Positions 12,812-24,682 of a stretch of DNA of 64,000 nucleotides are shown one piece after another. Source of the stretch: Carcharhinus longimanus (taxonomy: Eukaryota); assembly GCA_030264375.1 (NCBI GenBank), contig JASCQW010000098.1, forward strand, positions 36,158,344 through 36,222,343, in the 5' to 3' direction. A program made the position numbers and the translations under genes. How positions within the stretch are numbered: the stretch's first letter is position 1; every line of letters begins with the position of its first letter. The notes beneath the pieces are model-generated. The model worked only from the letters and a program-made list of their open reading frames with translations. It searched no databases and was not told the DNA's origin.

Positions 12812-13010
12812 AGAATTCCTTCTCAATATCCCTCCAACTCCCTCTCTTCCTTTCGGGCCCTCTGTCAATTTTACCCCGCTGACCAAGTTTTTGCTCACCT
12901 CTCCTAACGTCTCCTTCTTTGGCTCAGGTCCATTTCTGTCTCACAGTTTCGTAAAACTCCTTGGCATGTTTTACAATGTTAAATATGCTATACAAGTGTA
13001 GGTTATTGTA
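12812..13010 (+). mobile_element. L2-like LINE 3' fragment
   Basis: gaccaagtttttgctcacct...ccttggcatgttttacaatgttaaatatgctatacaagtgtaggttattg; homologous to 15945-16260. Confidence 0.5.
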
Positions 13011-13968
13011 TTTAATAAATAAGAATCATTGAGTTTCCATGCAAAGTTTCCCTCAGCGAGTTAAAATGGGTCAGACAGAGCCAATGGTAAGGTAGGTAAT
13101 ACATGGTTCATGGAAGGAAATGTTTAGTTTAACTTAGCTTGTACCCGACATTTTAATATTCTTAGCATTTGTGATCCAAATATCATTCCAAAGTTGATCC
13201 TCCAGCAGGGCCTCACCAAGGATTTGAAGAACACTTCTTTGTCAATAATTTCCGATGTAAGAAATGTGTTGCTCTGGCATTGTTTTATTAATTGCAGCAT
13301 TGTTTTAGCTTATGGGTAAAATTACTTCTCACCCAATTCTATCTTGAAATTGTAAATATTAGTAATGTCAAGATTGTTTTTAAAACTGAAGAAATTAATA
13401 CTTAACGTTGACATTAGGACTTAATTATTTATTGCTATATATACAATTCCATATTTTATTATAGTCAGTTGGTTTTGGTTAAAGATTTCTGATGTTTGAA
13501 TATTACTTCTCTTTGTGCTCAGTCCCTGTTCACATTGTTTTAAACAGCCAAGACCTAAGGCAATAAGTAGACTTCTACTTTAGAATTAGTGGTTAAGTTG
13601 TAAACAGAAGAAAATTCTGTTCACATTTTAACAAGGATTGAAATTCAGCACGAGGCATTTTTCAGGCAAGACATTCGTTTACACCTTAAGTGATTAACGT
13701 GTGGAATAAGCTGCCATCCATCTTGGCCCACTGTGCCTGTTTTATTCCCTTAGCACATTTGGGTATAAGGTAATGACCTTTTTATTAATTTCCTAAGTTT
13801 ATATAAACAAAGTGAGCTGTTAACTTAATGTGGATTGCAAAAGGAATATAACAGCTTATTTGTAGAATCAGCTGGATGTACACAATGATTTACAGCAATA
13901 CTGGGAACTGACAGAGGCAGAAAAGTTCAAACGAATGGGGTGGAAAACCAAACAGCAAAAAAACTATG

Positions 13969-14096
13969 GCTGGAATTCTCTAACCTCACCTGTGGCTGGA
14001 ATTATCCAGTACCGCTGCTGTGAACAGAGGTTTGGCTGAGTGCCAAAATCTCCGTTTTCACTGGTAGTCGGACATACAAGGACAGAGAATTCCAGC
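13969..14096. mobile_element. MITE with perfect 13-bp TIRs
   Basis: GCTGGAATTCTCT (13969-13981) and AGAGAATTCCAGC (14084-14096) are exact reverse complements. Confidence 0.7.
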
Positions 14097-14129
14097 TTTT
14101 ATCATAAATCTCAAAGGCTCCTATTAGTT

Positions 14130-14345
14130 GAAATACTGAAGAGCAGATGTGCTTTTCCCAGTGTCCTGGTCAATATTTATCTTCTAATACCCCCAGAAGT
14201 CATATTTGCTGGTCATTTGGTTCATTGGTACTTGCCCTTACTGAACACAAATTGGCTATCAGGTTTCCGACAGTGACTGCACTTCAAATGAACTTCACTG
14301 GCTGTGAGGTGTTTGGGGATGATAATAAAAGATGCAAGTTCTTTC
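14130..14345 (+). mobile_element. DeuSINE 3' half
   Basis: gaagagcag...ccagtgtcctggtcaatatttatc...aaattggct...cagtgactgcacttcaaatgaacttcactggctgtgagg. Confidence 0.65.
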
Positions 14346-14426
14346 AGGTCTTTCTTTTTGATTTTTTAAAGTGTTTGTAAATAATTCAAAGTTAGTATGG
14401 CAAGATACAAAATTGAGAGTACTTAC

Positions 14427-14710
14427 AAATAATATAATAGTCCTCATATTTTTTGAATTCCAGTCCCCAGAGGTTAGGGCTAAATTCCTGAAACTTGATG
14501 GTAAACTTGACATCTTGATCTGGCTTGTTGCAATTGAGTAATGGTGTGGGGCTGGGCACAGCATTACAGCTGTCAGCTTGGTCTTTTGACACCAGGTACA
14601 GTTTAAAGTATTCATATTGTCCAGTAATCCTCGAATCCACCTTGGGACAAATAATGTCCAGTTTGTCTCCTATCTGTGGGTACATCACCAGGCCTTTGCT
14701 TGGTAGAAAC
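14427..14710 (-). CDS. efnb2: Ephrin-B2-like, coding exon 2 (receptor-binding domain), 284 bp
   Basis: Acceptor ttttag|G at 14711/14710 and donor T|GTAAGT at 14427/14426. Encodes [94 protein letters not shown], with conserved ephrin cysteines and G-H loop. Phase matches exon 1 (AA|G = Lys). Confidence 0.95.
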
Positions 14711-15944
14711 CTAAAAATGGAAACACAAGAGAAGAACATGTAAATAAGTGTGTGTTTGCCAAAGAACATATACAAATATTCTGTTTTGCAAAGGATTTTT
14801 TTCCCCAAGTTTTTGCAGGAAGCTGGAACTTGATAAGTAACTGGCTGCAATAACAACGTACATGGAGGGAATATTAAATGAAAGCAAAGAAAAATATTTT
14901 CCATTGAACTCTTTTTGTTGGATAGGGTCCCTTTTAAACCAACAAACCCCCTCCACCCTAATTTCCCCACTCCAAATAGTTAACTTGTATTTATGCATTT
15001 TAAGTTCACTTGTCACGTTAATAACAGTGTTATAAACATGAGCAATTCAAAAAATAAAATTTGAGAAAAATGTTTTTCTTTTCTTCAGTGTTATAATTTT
15101 ACAGACTGCCATTGTGCAAAAGCAAGGTGGTGAAAGCAGATCCTCGAACAAAAGGCAAAAGTTAAGCTACATTTTGGCGAGGTCTCCTAAGTTAGAATTG
15201 AACTGGGGAACACCTTTCAAAACAGTTCCATTCCTTAAAAAGGTTCCACCCAAAAGGATTTTAGAAATTGGAATAAAGGACATGTTGTGCAATTTATTTT
15301 ATTCATGAAAGTACATCCTGGTATATGGGCCAGACTTGTCTTGGGAGCATTTTTCATAAATTGCACTTTCGGCACTCATATATGTTCACCATTACCAAGC
15401 CTTACTTTTAGATATGTTTGCTTGAGTTAATAATTGGAAGCAGCTCCTTAAACCTTTTGCTATTGGTACAATTTCCTCAAGGTCCAGAGCAAAGTGCCTT
15501 TGCTGTATGGAATTATACAATGTTATAAAGGATTTAACCATAGCTGTACACAAGAAAAACTACAGAGCTTGTCAAAGGTTACAACACCAAGGAACATTTT
15601 AACCAGTAGTCAGCACCCTTAGTCACTTCTTAATCTATTTCTCCTGTAAGTTTAATTGCATACTAAGCATTTTGAATGTCTCCTAAAGGGATTCATCTTC
15701 TCCAATTTAATCATATTCTGTTTTACAGAATGGAGACTAGTAGGAGTGAATCACTTCACAATGCGAGGTGTGTTAGTGTTTGTTACTTTCCATACCCTTT
15801 ACCTTGCACAACAATTGACCGCACTGTGTAGGAATGTATAGGTTTTAGATGATCCAATTAAATTATCCCTCTGTGCATGTTCCAGACTACCAGATGATGT
15901 TACAGAATTGCCCATTATCTGAACTCTGAATAGTCCCTACCTCT

Positions 15945-16260
15945 AACTTCTTCCAGGCCTAGAATCCTCAGATTTCTGCATTCCTCCATGCCTCTTGTAT
16001 ATCTCCAATTTTTATTGCCCCACCATTGTTATGTCTTAAGTTGTTCAAGCCACAAGTCCTGGGATTTTCTCACTAAACTTCTCTGTATCTCTATATTTCA
16101 CTCCTTTTCTAAGGTGCTCCTTCAGACCTACTCCTTAGACCAACCTTTGCTAGTACGTCTTCTGTGACTCAGGGCCAAATTTTGTCTGATGACATTCTGT
16201 CAAGCACCTTGGGGCATTTTACATTAAAGATGCTAAGCGAATGGATGGTATTGTTGTTGG
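15945..16260 (+). mobile_element. L2-like LINE 3' fragment
   Basis: ctccttcagacctactccttagaccaacctttg...aagcaccttggggcattttacattaaagatgct...ttgttgttg; homologous to 12812-13010. Confidence 0.5.
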
Positions 16261-18165
16261 GACAGTGCTCACATTGATTGGTTGAAGTTACGTTTGGAAC
16301 ATTGCACTGCTTGATTACTACTCAATTTACATCTTAGGCAAAATGCTGAATCAGTTTTGTCCAATTGTACATTCTTTTACCCTGAGTTTTCAGTGCAATT
16401 ATCGCCAAATCAAAACATCATTGGCAACAAATGTAGCCGATCTTGATGGTGGATACTTTGAGATGCAGAAGCCATAGAAACCTGCTCTCTGTCCACGTGA
16501 AACCTACTTGTTCATCACTGACGATATTGGGTCCAATTTTAACATTGGGTTTTAAATGGGTTCAAATTGAGTCCAACTGTTTCTGGATTTAACTATTGTA
16601 AATCCTGGAAACCTTGTGTTCCATGCTGGTCTGCATTAATCACACAAAACAAAACGCAATGAAGTTTACTTCATTGACATACTTCAGTTTAAGCTGCCTT
16701 GTTCTATTTTTGTTTTAGACTGCTGGTTAATGCTGCAATATCCCTGCACAGCATTAAAATCTTACAAATCACAAATGTCTTTGTTTATGAAATTATCCAA
16801 CAATGCAGCTATATTTTAAGGATTTCTCACTTTGGAAATAAAATTGGAATCCTCGAAAGGATATCATGATCAAACACATGACGAAAATCATTCCGTTAAC
16901 TGCAGCGTAAGAAATCAAAATCAGGATCAGTTTTGCAAGGCTTTTCCTGCTTAGAATCAACATATTCAAGGCTAATTTGATTTAAGTGAGAAAGAGGAAT
17001 CTATGAATTGATAAAAGGCTTAAATTTCCCAGTGCGCTGAGAACGGTGCTGAATCACAGTAATTTCATATCACATGGGAAGCACTTAATGCCAAGCAATG
17101 GGAGGGTTCCTTGTATCTTCATGTTATGCTCCACAATTTTTAATTAGTATTATAGCCTGATACAATCTTATACTGGGACTTTTTTTAATGGAGGATCTAA
17201 TCTCCTCTGCTCCAAGTCAGCTTCCAAAATGATATCATCATGTGGCAATGTGTGAGATATCAAAATCTGAGTGCTGAGCACACAATCTATATTAAATTGT
17301 CTACCATACCTTAATCAGAGGTACGGAAACAAGTGGCAGGGGAAGCAGTGTCACATTCTTCCATTCAAAAATGTTAGCTCACGGAAAATTGTACATCAGT
17401 GGCCGACTAGATTATATTACTCTTATCCACCGTTTTAATTAGTTTACAGTTGCATCATTTCATATAATTAAATCAAACTGCCTGCTTGCCTTTCTGATGC
17501 ACAATTATGTGCTGATTAACTCTCTAACAATCCAATTGTTTCAATAATGTTTGCTGAAGATTGTTCATTCTAATAATCGCCTACAAAATAAAAATCATTG
17601 CTGATAGCATCACAAGAGGTTAGCAACCACTGATAAACATCACTGTGTGGTAGAAGACCCATTACCGAATCAAAATTTTAATGCCAGAACTAGCCCATTA
17701 AATGGGTTACTGCTGGTAACAAAATGGTGACGATCAAAATTATCCGGGTTTGCCTTCCTCATTCACATTCACTGCCATGAAATATCGCTCAAAGAAACTG
17801 CCATGCTAAAAATGATTCTCCAAACTGCAAGTACAAAAAAGTAGCAATCAGGATGTCTGGCTTGTGATTATCTAATCTGTCACTGGAAGCTGTAATCTAA
17901 TCAGGGTGAGAGGTGTTGGGATAACTGTCCAGACAACATTTACAGATTACTTTTAGTTTAAAAGATTACCTCATTTTGTTGATTCGATCACAGCTAGCAA
18001 GACATTCTTTGATAATCACCAAGCTCTGGACTCCTATTTCATCTTCGAGTTCCAGGAAGTCAGTGATTCAGTGGGTTAGTTCAGATTATCATTTTATCTA
18101 TGAAATCCAGAATTCAAATCCACAAGAATGGATGCATGTGGTGTGGAACTTGGACACATTCAATC

Positions 18166-18280
18166 CATAGACCATAGAACCCTACAGTGCAGAAAGAGGC
18201 CCTTCGGCCCATCGAGTCTGCACCAAACACAATCCCACCCACGCCCTACCCCTATATCCCTACATATTATACCCACTATT
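18166..18280 (-). mobile_element. HE1 SINE 3' tail fragment
   Basis: catagaccatagaaccctacagtgcagaaagaggcccttcggcccatcgagtctgcacc matches the tails of the other HE1 copies. Confidence 0.75.
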
Positions 18281-18524
18281 GCCTCCCCACCAGACAATGG
18301 AATGTAGATGAGTTAACTGATTAGCCAAGAAGACTGTAGATGGAAAATATTCTGGAGAAGTGTTAAAAATATCCATTTTGCCAGGAATAAAGGAAATATG
18401 ATTTTTTTTTGAAAGTTTAGTTCCAAGTAAATGTTTGTCTTTAGGAATTGGAGATCCTTGCACACAAATCCCAGAAAGTGATATTCAAACAGAGCAAATA
18501 ATGAAGAAGGCAAATGAAGGAGAT

Positions 18525-18625
18525 ACTGATGGAAAGGTCACAGACTTGAAATGTTAACTCTCCCTTTCTCTCTCTGGAAGCTGTGAGAACTGCTGAGTGT
18601 TTCCAGAATGTTCTGTTTCTTTTTT
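18525..18625 (+). mobile_element. Penelope-like terminal repeat fragment (second family)
   Basis: ctgatggaaaggtcacagacttgaaatgttaactct...tgctgagtgtttccagaatgttctg; homologous to 22142-22327 and 38088-38220. Confidence 0.5.
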
Positions 18626-18629
18626 GGCC

Positions 18630-19235
18630 AAACAGTACATTGGCCTTTATTGGAGTATTAGAGTAAGGGAATCTTGCTGCAATTATGTAGAAATTTGGTG
18701 ACGCAATGCATGGAGTATTTTGGGAAGTTTTGGAACCTTAGCTTCAGAAAGGAACTGCCTCAGCAGACCTGTAATAAAGATTCACCAGATTAATTTCTGG
18801 GTTGATGGGGCTTTCCCTACTGAGAAGAGATTGAGTGAGATGGGCCTGTATTCTCTGGAGTTTGGAAGAATGTGAGGTGATCTCATTGGAATGTGTAAAA
18901 GTCTTTGAACACTTGACAGGGTAGATGTTGGTGGGCCCAATCCCCTGGCTGGAGAGCTTAGAATTCAGGGTCATAATGTCAGGATAAGCATTCGGGCTGT
19001 TTAGGACAGAGATGAGGAGAAATGTTTTCTCTAGGAGGGATAAACCTTTGGAATGTTCTCCTGCTGTGGATGCTTAAATCAATGGATAAATTTAAGGGTT
19101 AGACCAGGACACCATGGAACTTAAAAGGAAATGAAGATGGAGCAGGAATGTGGGTTTGATACTGAAGTTTGGCCATGAGTTTAATTGATTGGCAGAGCAG
19201 TCTCGAGCTGTGGTATGGTTTACTCCAGTTCCAAT
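18630..19235 (+). mobile_element. CR1 LINE 3' region, degenerate
   Basis: agattcaccagattaatttctggg...ggcctgtattctctggagtttggaagaatgtgaggtgatctcattg...ggacagagatgaggagaaatgttttctct. Confidence 0.7.
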
Positions 19236-19237
19236 TG

Positions 19238-19576
19238 GAATCATAGATACCCTACAGTGCAGAAAGAGGCCATTTGGCCCATCGAGTCTGCACTGACCAC
19301 AATCCCAACCGCCCCCCCCATATCCCTACATATTTACCCGCTAATCCCTCTAACCTACGCATCTCAGGACACTAAGGGGCAAATTTTAGCATGGCCAATC
19401 AACCTAACCCGCACATCTTTGGACTGTGGGAGGAAACCGGAGCACCCGAAGGAAACCCACGCAGACACGAGGAGAATGTGCAAACTCTACACAGGCAGTG
19501 ACCCGAGCCGGGAATCGAACCCAGGACCCTGGAGCTGTGAAGCCACAATGCTAACCACTGTGCTACCGTGTCGCCC
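19238..19576 (-). mobile_element. HE1/V-SINE-type SINE, full length
   Basis: A/B boxes, V-domain-like core (GTGGGTTTCCTTCGGGTGCTCCGGTTTCCTCCCACAGTCCAAAGATGTG) and CR1-like tail are all present; CpGs largely retained, so it looks young. Confidence 0.9.
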
Positions 19577-19869
19577 CAAACCTGTTGGACTTTAACCTGG
19601 TGTTGTGAGATTCTTACTGTCCAGATCCTACCTGACCAATTAATGTATTTTTTCAAAAAGACTAAACATTAAATTCTATTTCATGGATCTGTGCTCGCCT
19701 GTATTTTTGCCATCAGGTCACCAAGCAGTTTAACTTCCGATCACAAATGTTTATCATACAACAGTGATCAACAGTATGAGTGCTGATGTGTTATCACTGA
19801 AACCTCATTCACTTTTTTAATAGTGTATAAATATCCTGAAGCTCACATTGTATGTATAATAGAAAGTTA

Positions 19870-21170
19870 CTTTAAGGATGTCAGTCTTCAGCCAGTTTGA
19901 TTCACTCCATTTGATGTCAAGAGACAGCTGAGTGCATTGGATAAAGCAGCCAGTTAGTTAACTGTGATAACGTCCTGAAGACTTGTGCCCCAGAATTAGC
20001 CACACCCCGAGTCAAGTCATGTTAACATCAACCCAGCACTGTTGCCCAGATATGACCTGTACACAGAAAGCAGGACACATCCAACCTGGCTAATTACCGC
20101 CCCATCAGTCTATTCTTCTTCAGCAAAGAGATGAAGGCGGTAACTAACAGTGTTCTCAAACCAATAAACCAGATCACTAAGGCTCAGTTTTGGGTTTCGC
20201 CAGGGTCACACAGCTCCTGACCTTGTTACAGCCCTGGTTCAAATATGGACAAAAGAGCTGAATTTGCGAGGTGAGGTGACAGCTCTTGACGTTGATGTAA
20301 CAGTTATCCGAGTTTGACATTAAGGAGCCCTGGCAAAATTGAAGTCAATGTGAGTCAGGAGGAAACTCTCCATTGGAGTCATACCTAGCACAAAGGAACA
20401 TGGTGCTTGGAGGTCAATCATCTCAGTCCCGAGACATCTCCGCAGGAGTCCCTCAGGGGAATGTCCCAGACAACCATCTTCAGCTGCTTCATTAATAACC
20501 TTCTTTCCATCATAAGCTCAGAAATGAGGATGTTCGCCAATGATTGGACAATGTTCAGCGACATTTGTAACTCCTCAGATACTTGGTCCACGCAAACTTA
20601 TAACAAGCCCTGGACAACAGTCAGGCTTTGGTTGTTGAATAGCAAGTAACATTAATGCCACATAAGTACCATTGAATGACTACTCAATGAGCATTTAATC
20701 ATCTGCTTTTGATGTTCAATAGATTACAACTCCATAACATTCAAGAAATTCATCATCACCCAGGGCAAAGTAATTCATTTAGTCGGTACCCTATCCACCA
20801 CATTAAACATTCAACCTCTCCACCACCAGTGAATAGTGGCAAGAGTGAGTATTATCTACAACTTGCACAGCAATAACTTGCCAAGGCTCTTTAATGGTAC
20901 CTTCCACACCTGTGAACTCTACCCTGTAGAAGGACTTGGGCAGCAGACACATGGAAACACCTGCACCTGTAAATTCCCCTCCAAGTCACTCATCGTCCTG
21001 ACTGAGGCACATTTTGCCATTCCGTTATTGTCACTGCATCACAAACCTGGAATTCTCTATTAACACTACAAGAATTTCAATCAATAGTTTAAAAAGGAGA
21101 CTCACCCCCTCTCAAGGCAACTAGAACTAGCTGTGCCAGTAACACCCATATCCTTACACTAATAAAAGGC
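19870..21170 (+). mobile_element. CR1/L2-group LINE, 3' ~1.3 kb with decayed RT
   Basis: RT remnants GVPQG-like (ggagtccctcaggg) and MFAND (20530-20545); 3' end ccagtaacacccatatcc...aataaaa; same family as 59720-61290. Confidence 0.75.
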
Positions 21171-21242
21171 ACACGTATTATAGGGCTGATCTTCTGAATG
21201 TTAGAAAAACGTTAGGACATATCTGTGTGATTCTCAGAAGAA

Positions 21243-21420
21243 GAACTCAAGAATTAGAAGCGGGAGTTGGCTATTCAGCCCCTCGAGCCTGTTCTGTCAT
21301 TCAATATGATCATGGCTGATCTCATCTCAGCCTCAGCTCCACCTTCCTGCCCATTCACCGTAGCCCTTCAAACACATTACTAATTAAAAATCTGTCTACT
21401 TCTTCCTTACGTTTACTCAA
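21243..21420 (-). mobile_element. CR1 LINE 3' tail
   Basis: Reverse-complement homolog of 9074-9235 (cagcccctcgagcctg...ttcaatatgatcatggctgatc). Confidence 0.7.
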
Positions 21421-21689
21421 ACCCACGCCAGCCAGCCCAGTCTTACACAGTAATCGGGGTGCTACTTTGTAAAGGTGCCCCAACCTCAGCATCGAGACAC
21501 AGGACCCCTCTCCTTCTCACAACAGACATGAAGATCACTGAAAGAACAGGTCATCTCCAATGCACCGTACAGGCCTGGGGGTGACCGACCCATCCCCAGC
21601 TAGAAGCCTCACCCCCAACCCTTACTTCAATACCTGGCAGAGCCAATGTTGCACTGCCCTCAGATCCTCGTTATTTTGTAATGTTACTG

Positions 21690-21767
21690 CTGCCTTGGTG
21701 GTTATTTTCCAGACGTCGCTGGATTCCGGGGAAGTGCCGGAAGATTGGAAAACGGCTAATGTTACGC
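21690..21767 (+). mobile_element. CR1 ORF2 fragment running into a gap
   Basis: ALVVIFQTSLDSGEVPEDWKTANVT, the classic CR1 RT N-terminal motif. Confidence 0.8.
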
Positions 21768-21867
21768 NNNNNNNNNNNNNNNNNNNNNNNNNNNNNNNNN
21801 NNNNNNNNNNNNNNNNNNNNNNNNNNNNNNNNNNNNNNNNNNNNNNNNNNNNNNNNNNNNNNNNNNN

Positions 21868-21944
21868 TGACCCGAGCTGGGAATCGAACCCAGGTCCCTG
21901 GAGCTGTGAAGCAGCAGTGCTAACCACTGTGCTACCGTGCCGCC
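21868..21944 (-). mobile_element. HE1 SINE head
   Basis: Near-identical to positions 12-88. Confidence 0.85.
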
Positions 21945-21994
21945 TCGCTTATGTGCTTATGCCATGGCACATAAACTCCAAAACCATGGCATGT

Positions 21995-22615
21995 TGAAAG
22001 CAGTCCAGAGGAGGTTTACCAGACTAATATCTGGAATGGCTGGGTTGTCTTATCAGGAAAGGTTGGATAGGCTAGGCTTCTATCCATTGAAGTTGAGGTG
22101 TAAAAGGTGATTTGATTGAAACATACAAGATTCTGAAGGGTAAAAACAAAAATACTGCAGATGCTGGAATCTGAAACAAAAATAAAATGCTGGAAAATCT
22201 CGGCAGGTCTGACAGCATCTATGGGGAAAGCATAGAACTAATGTTGAGTCCAGATGACCCTTTGTCAGAGCTCAGTGGCAGAGGCTCTGACGAAAGCTCA
22301 AGCAGACTCGAAACATTGGCTCTATTCAGTAGAGGTCACTGAAAATAGTGGTCACTCATGTAAGACAGTGATGAACTGACTTCTTTTCTCTCACAGGGTT
22401 GAGAGTTTTTTGGAACTCTCTTCCTCAAAAGGCGATGGGAGCAGAGTCTTCAAATATTTTTAAGGCTGAGCTGGATAGATTCTTAGTAAGCAAGGGGGTG
22501 AAAGGTTATGAGTGTAGGTGAGAATGTGGAGTTGAGATAACAATCAGCCATGATCTTATTGAATGGCGGAGTAGGCTGGAGGGCTGAGTGACCTTCACCT
22601 GCTCCTACTTTTGTT
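21995..22615 (+). mobile_element. CR1 3' region interrupted by a Penelope-like insertion
   Basis: gcagtccagaggaggtttaccagactaata...gaaacatacaagattctgaaggg | insert | ...atcagccatgatcttattgaatggcggagtaggc. Confidence 0.75.
22142..22327. mobile_element. Penelope-like insertion with inverted partial terminal repeat
   Basis: A minus-strand copy (22142-22272) faces a plus-strand partial copy (22284-22327); the arms are reverse complements around ctcagtggcaga. Confidence 0.65.
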
Positions 22616-23434
22616 CATGCGGTACATGTCAGCATTAAGCTGGCAAACTCAGAAGTAGAAAGGACCTCTTGTTGTAGAAATATAAAATATCAGCTACTGA
22701 AATGCTCTCTAAAATTGGGGATTAAAGATCACTGCTAAGGCCCAGTATGAAGAATTATTTTTACACTTCTGCCAGAAATACTTGAAGCTAATACTAGATG
22801 CCAGAAACATTCCTTACACTAATATTCCTCATCTTAACCAGTATGAGAAAATTGCCAGAATGCAAATGCTGATTACAATAAAGATTGGTGAAGAATTAGA
22901 AAGCTTATACATAGGTTAGTAACACTGGTACATTGGCACCAACTGAACAATGTCACCCAACTTGTGCCAAAAATGGTTATCAATGCCAACATGAACTGGA
23001 ATGCCCAGTTCCTGTAGCACACTCATCTGATAGCAGAGCCTAGGGTCAGATTCCACTGGTTGGCAAGACAGCAACAAAAGGGAATAGGATAATGGCAATA
23101 AGAATGAAAGGAAAGGTTAGAACAAAAACTTTTAGATGGAAGGTGGAAAGAATGTTGGATTCTCTGTTCCCAACCTTTTGTTGAAAAAGAGTCCGTGGGG
23201 TAGGCTTTAACTCTGTACAATTGACGGCAAAAGAAAAGAAAAATCGAGATGTAAATTGAGCCGTTGTTTAGCTATTATTACCCAGTTTACTACAGCACAA
23301 AGTCAAACTGCAGCCTTGTTTGTTCTTTTAAAAGAGAATGGAAACTGAGTGAGAGGGTGTTTCAGGTGGAGACCACCACCAGTTCAGACTTGACAGGGAC
23401 CCAATTCTGTCCTGGGGCATTCTATGTAATCATT

Positions 23435-24147
23435 GGGGGGAATCTTATCGGTGTCAGGATCTGACAGATAACCTGCACGAAGTTCTTCAACTCCACAGAC
23501 TCAGTTCTCTCCCGATTTTGAATAGTCAAAAAAGAAATGAGTGAGCTCTGGGAGGGCGGAGCCTCAGAGCAGGCAAGGCACCCAAACACGAATAAAAGGC
23601 TAAACCCCACCCCCTACCTCGCTCTACCACAGAGACAGTATCAGGTCCTCTCTCTCCGTTACTTCCCCCCCACCCCCCAAACAATTGTCACCAGTATTCC
23701 CATTACCCACACCCCACCCCCAACATGCACACAAACATCGCTGGCATTCCTATCTACTCTCCCCCCCCACCAACAAGCACTGCCAGCATTCCCAATCACT
23801 GACCCCAACTATCCTTGGCATCCCCATCACCCTCAGTACCCACTCTCCCCCTGCTGTCTCCCCCACTCCTGACCACACAAAATTAACCCCTCATCCATTG
23901 GGTTCCCACTCAACCCACCCAAGCACAGGTTAGCATTGCCAGGCTGACATGGGAATCATAGAATCCTACAGTGTAGAGAGAGGCCCTTTAGCCCATCGAG
24001 TCTGCACCGAACACAATCCCACCCAGACCCTACCCCCATATCCCTACATATTATACCCACTAATCCTTCGAACCTACGCATCCCTGGACACTAAGGGGCA
24101 ATTTCTTAGCATGGTCAATCAAGCTAACTTTCACATCTTTGGACTGT

Positions 24148-24178
<31 letters not shown>

Positions 24179-24682
24179 ATGAAGACACGAGGAGAACATG
24201 CAAATTCCACACAGACAGTGACCTGAGCTGGGAATCGAACCCAGGTCTCTGGAGCTGTGAAGCAGCATTGCTAACCACTGTGCTACCGTACCGGGCTACT
24301 TGACATTGCCAAACTGTGCCGGGGAAGTGACCAGTCATGTTCCTCTTCCCCCAGCCCTCAGGGCTACACTTACCTCTGCACCCCCGACCATGTCGTTTGG
24401 CCAAACCTGTTGTGAACCATGAGGTGAATTCATGTAGTGGGATGGGGTGGCGGGGTGACGGGGTGGGGGGGGGGGGGGCGCTGTTAATAAATCATTCAAA
24501 TCTATTTAGATGAGATTCCCACTCTGTATGGACATAAACTTTGTGGCACTGTTGGCAAGGGGCAGGGAAAAAAAAATCAGGAAACGTGATCCCTCCGAAG
24601 AGAACTACATTTCCCGATTTTCTCCAGATTTTGCACCCACGCCAGCGATCCTGCACAAGAAAGACTCAAAATCCACCCCCCC
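23435..24682. mobile_element. GC-rich non-autonomous TIR-type element with nested HE1 SINE
   Basis: Ends GGGGGGAATCTT ... AAAATCCACCCCC; C-rich internal tracts; shares gggcagt/acattgcc-type motifs with 27668-28346. Confidence 0.4.
23953..24293 (-). mobile_element. HE1 SINE, full length
   Basis: Colinear with 19238-19576 over the whole length. Confidence 0.9.

Noticed and set aside
14392-14970. 192-aa ORF taken as a complete protein
   Set aside because: Only 14427-14710 is ephrin-like and bounded by splice sites; the rest is intron read-through.
19500-19576. tRNA gene
   Set aside because: The A/B boxes belong to the tRNA-derived head of a multi-copy SINE.
23537-23933. Pro/Thr/His-rich ORFs
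   Set aside because: Products of C-rich low-complexity tracts inside a repeat element.
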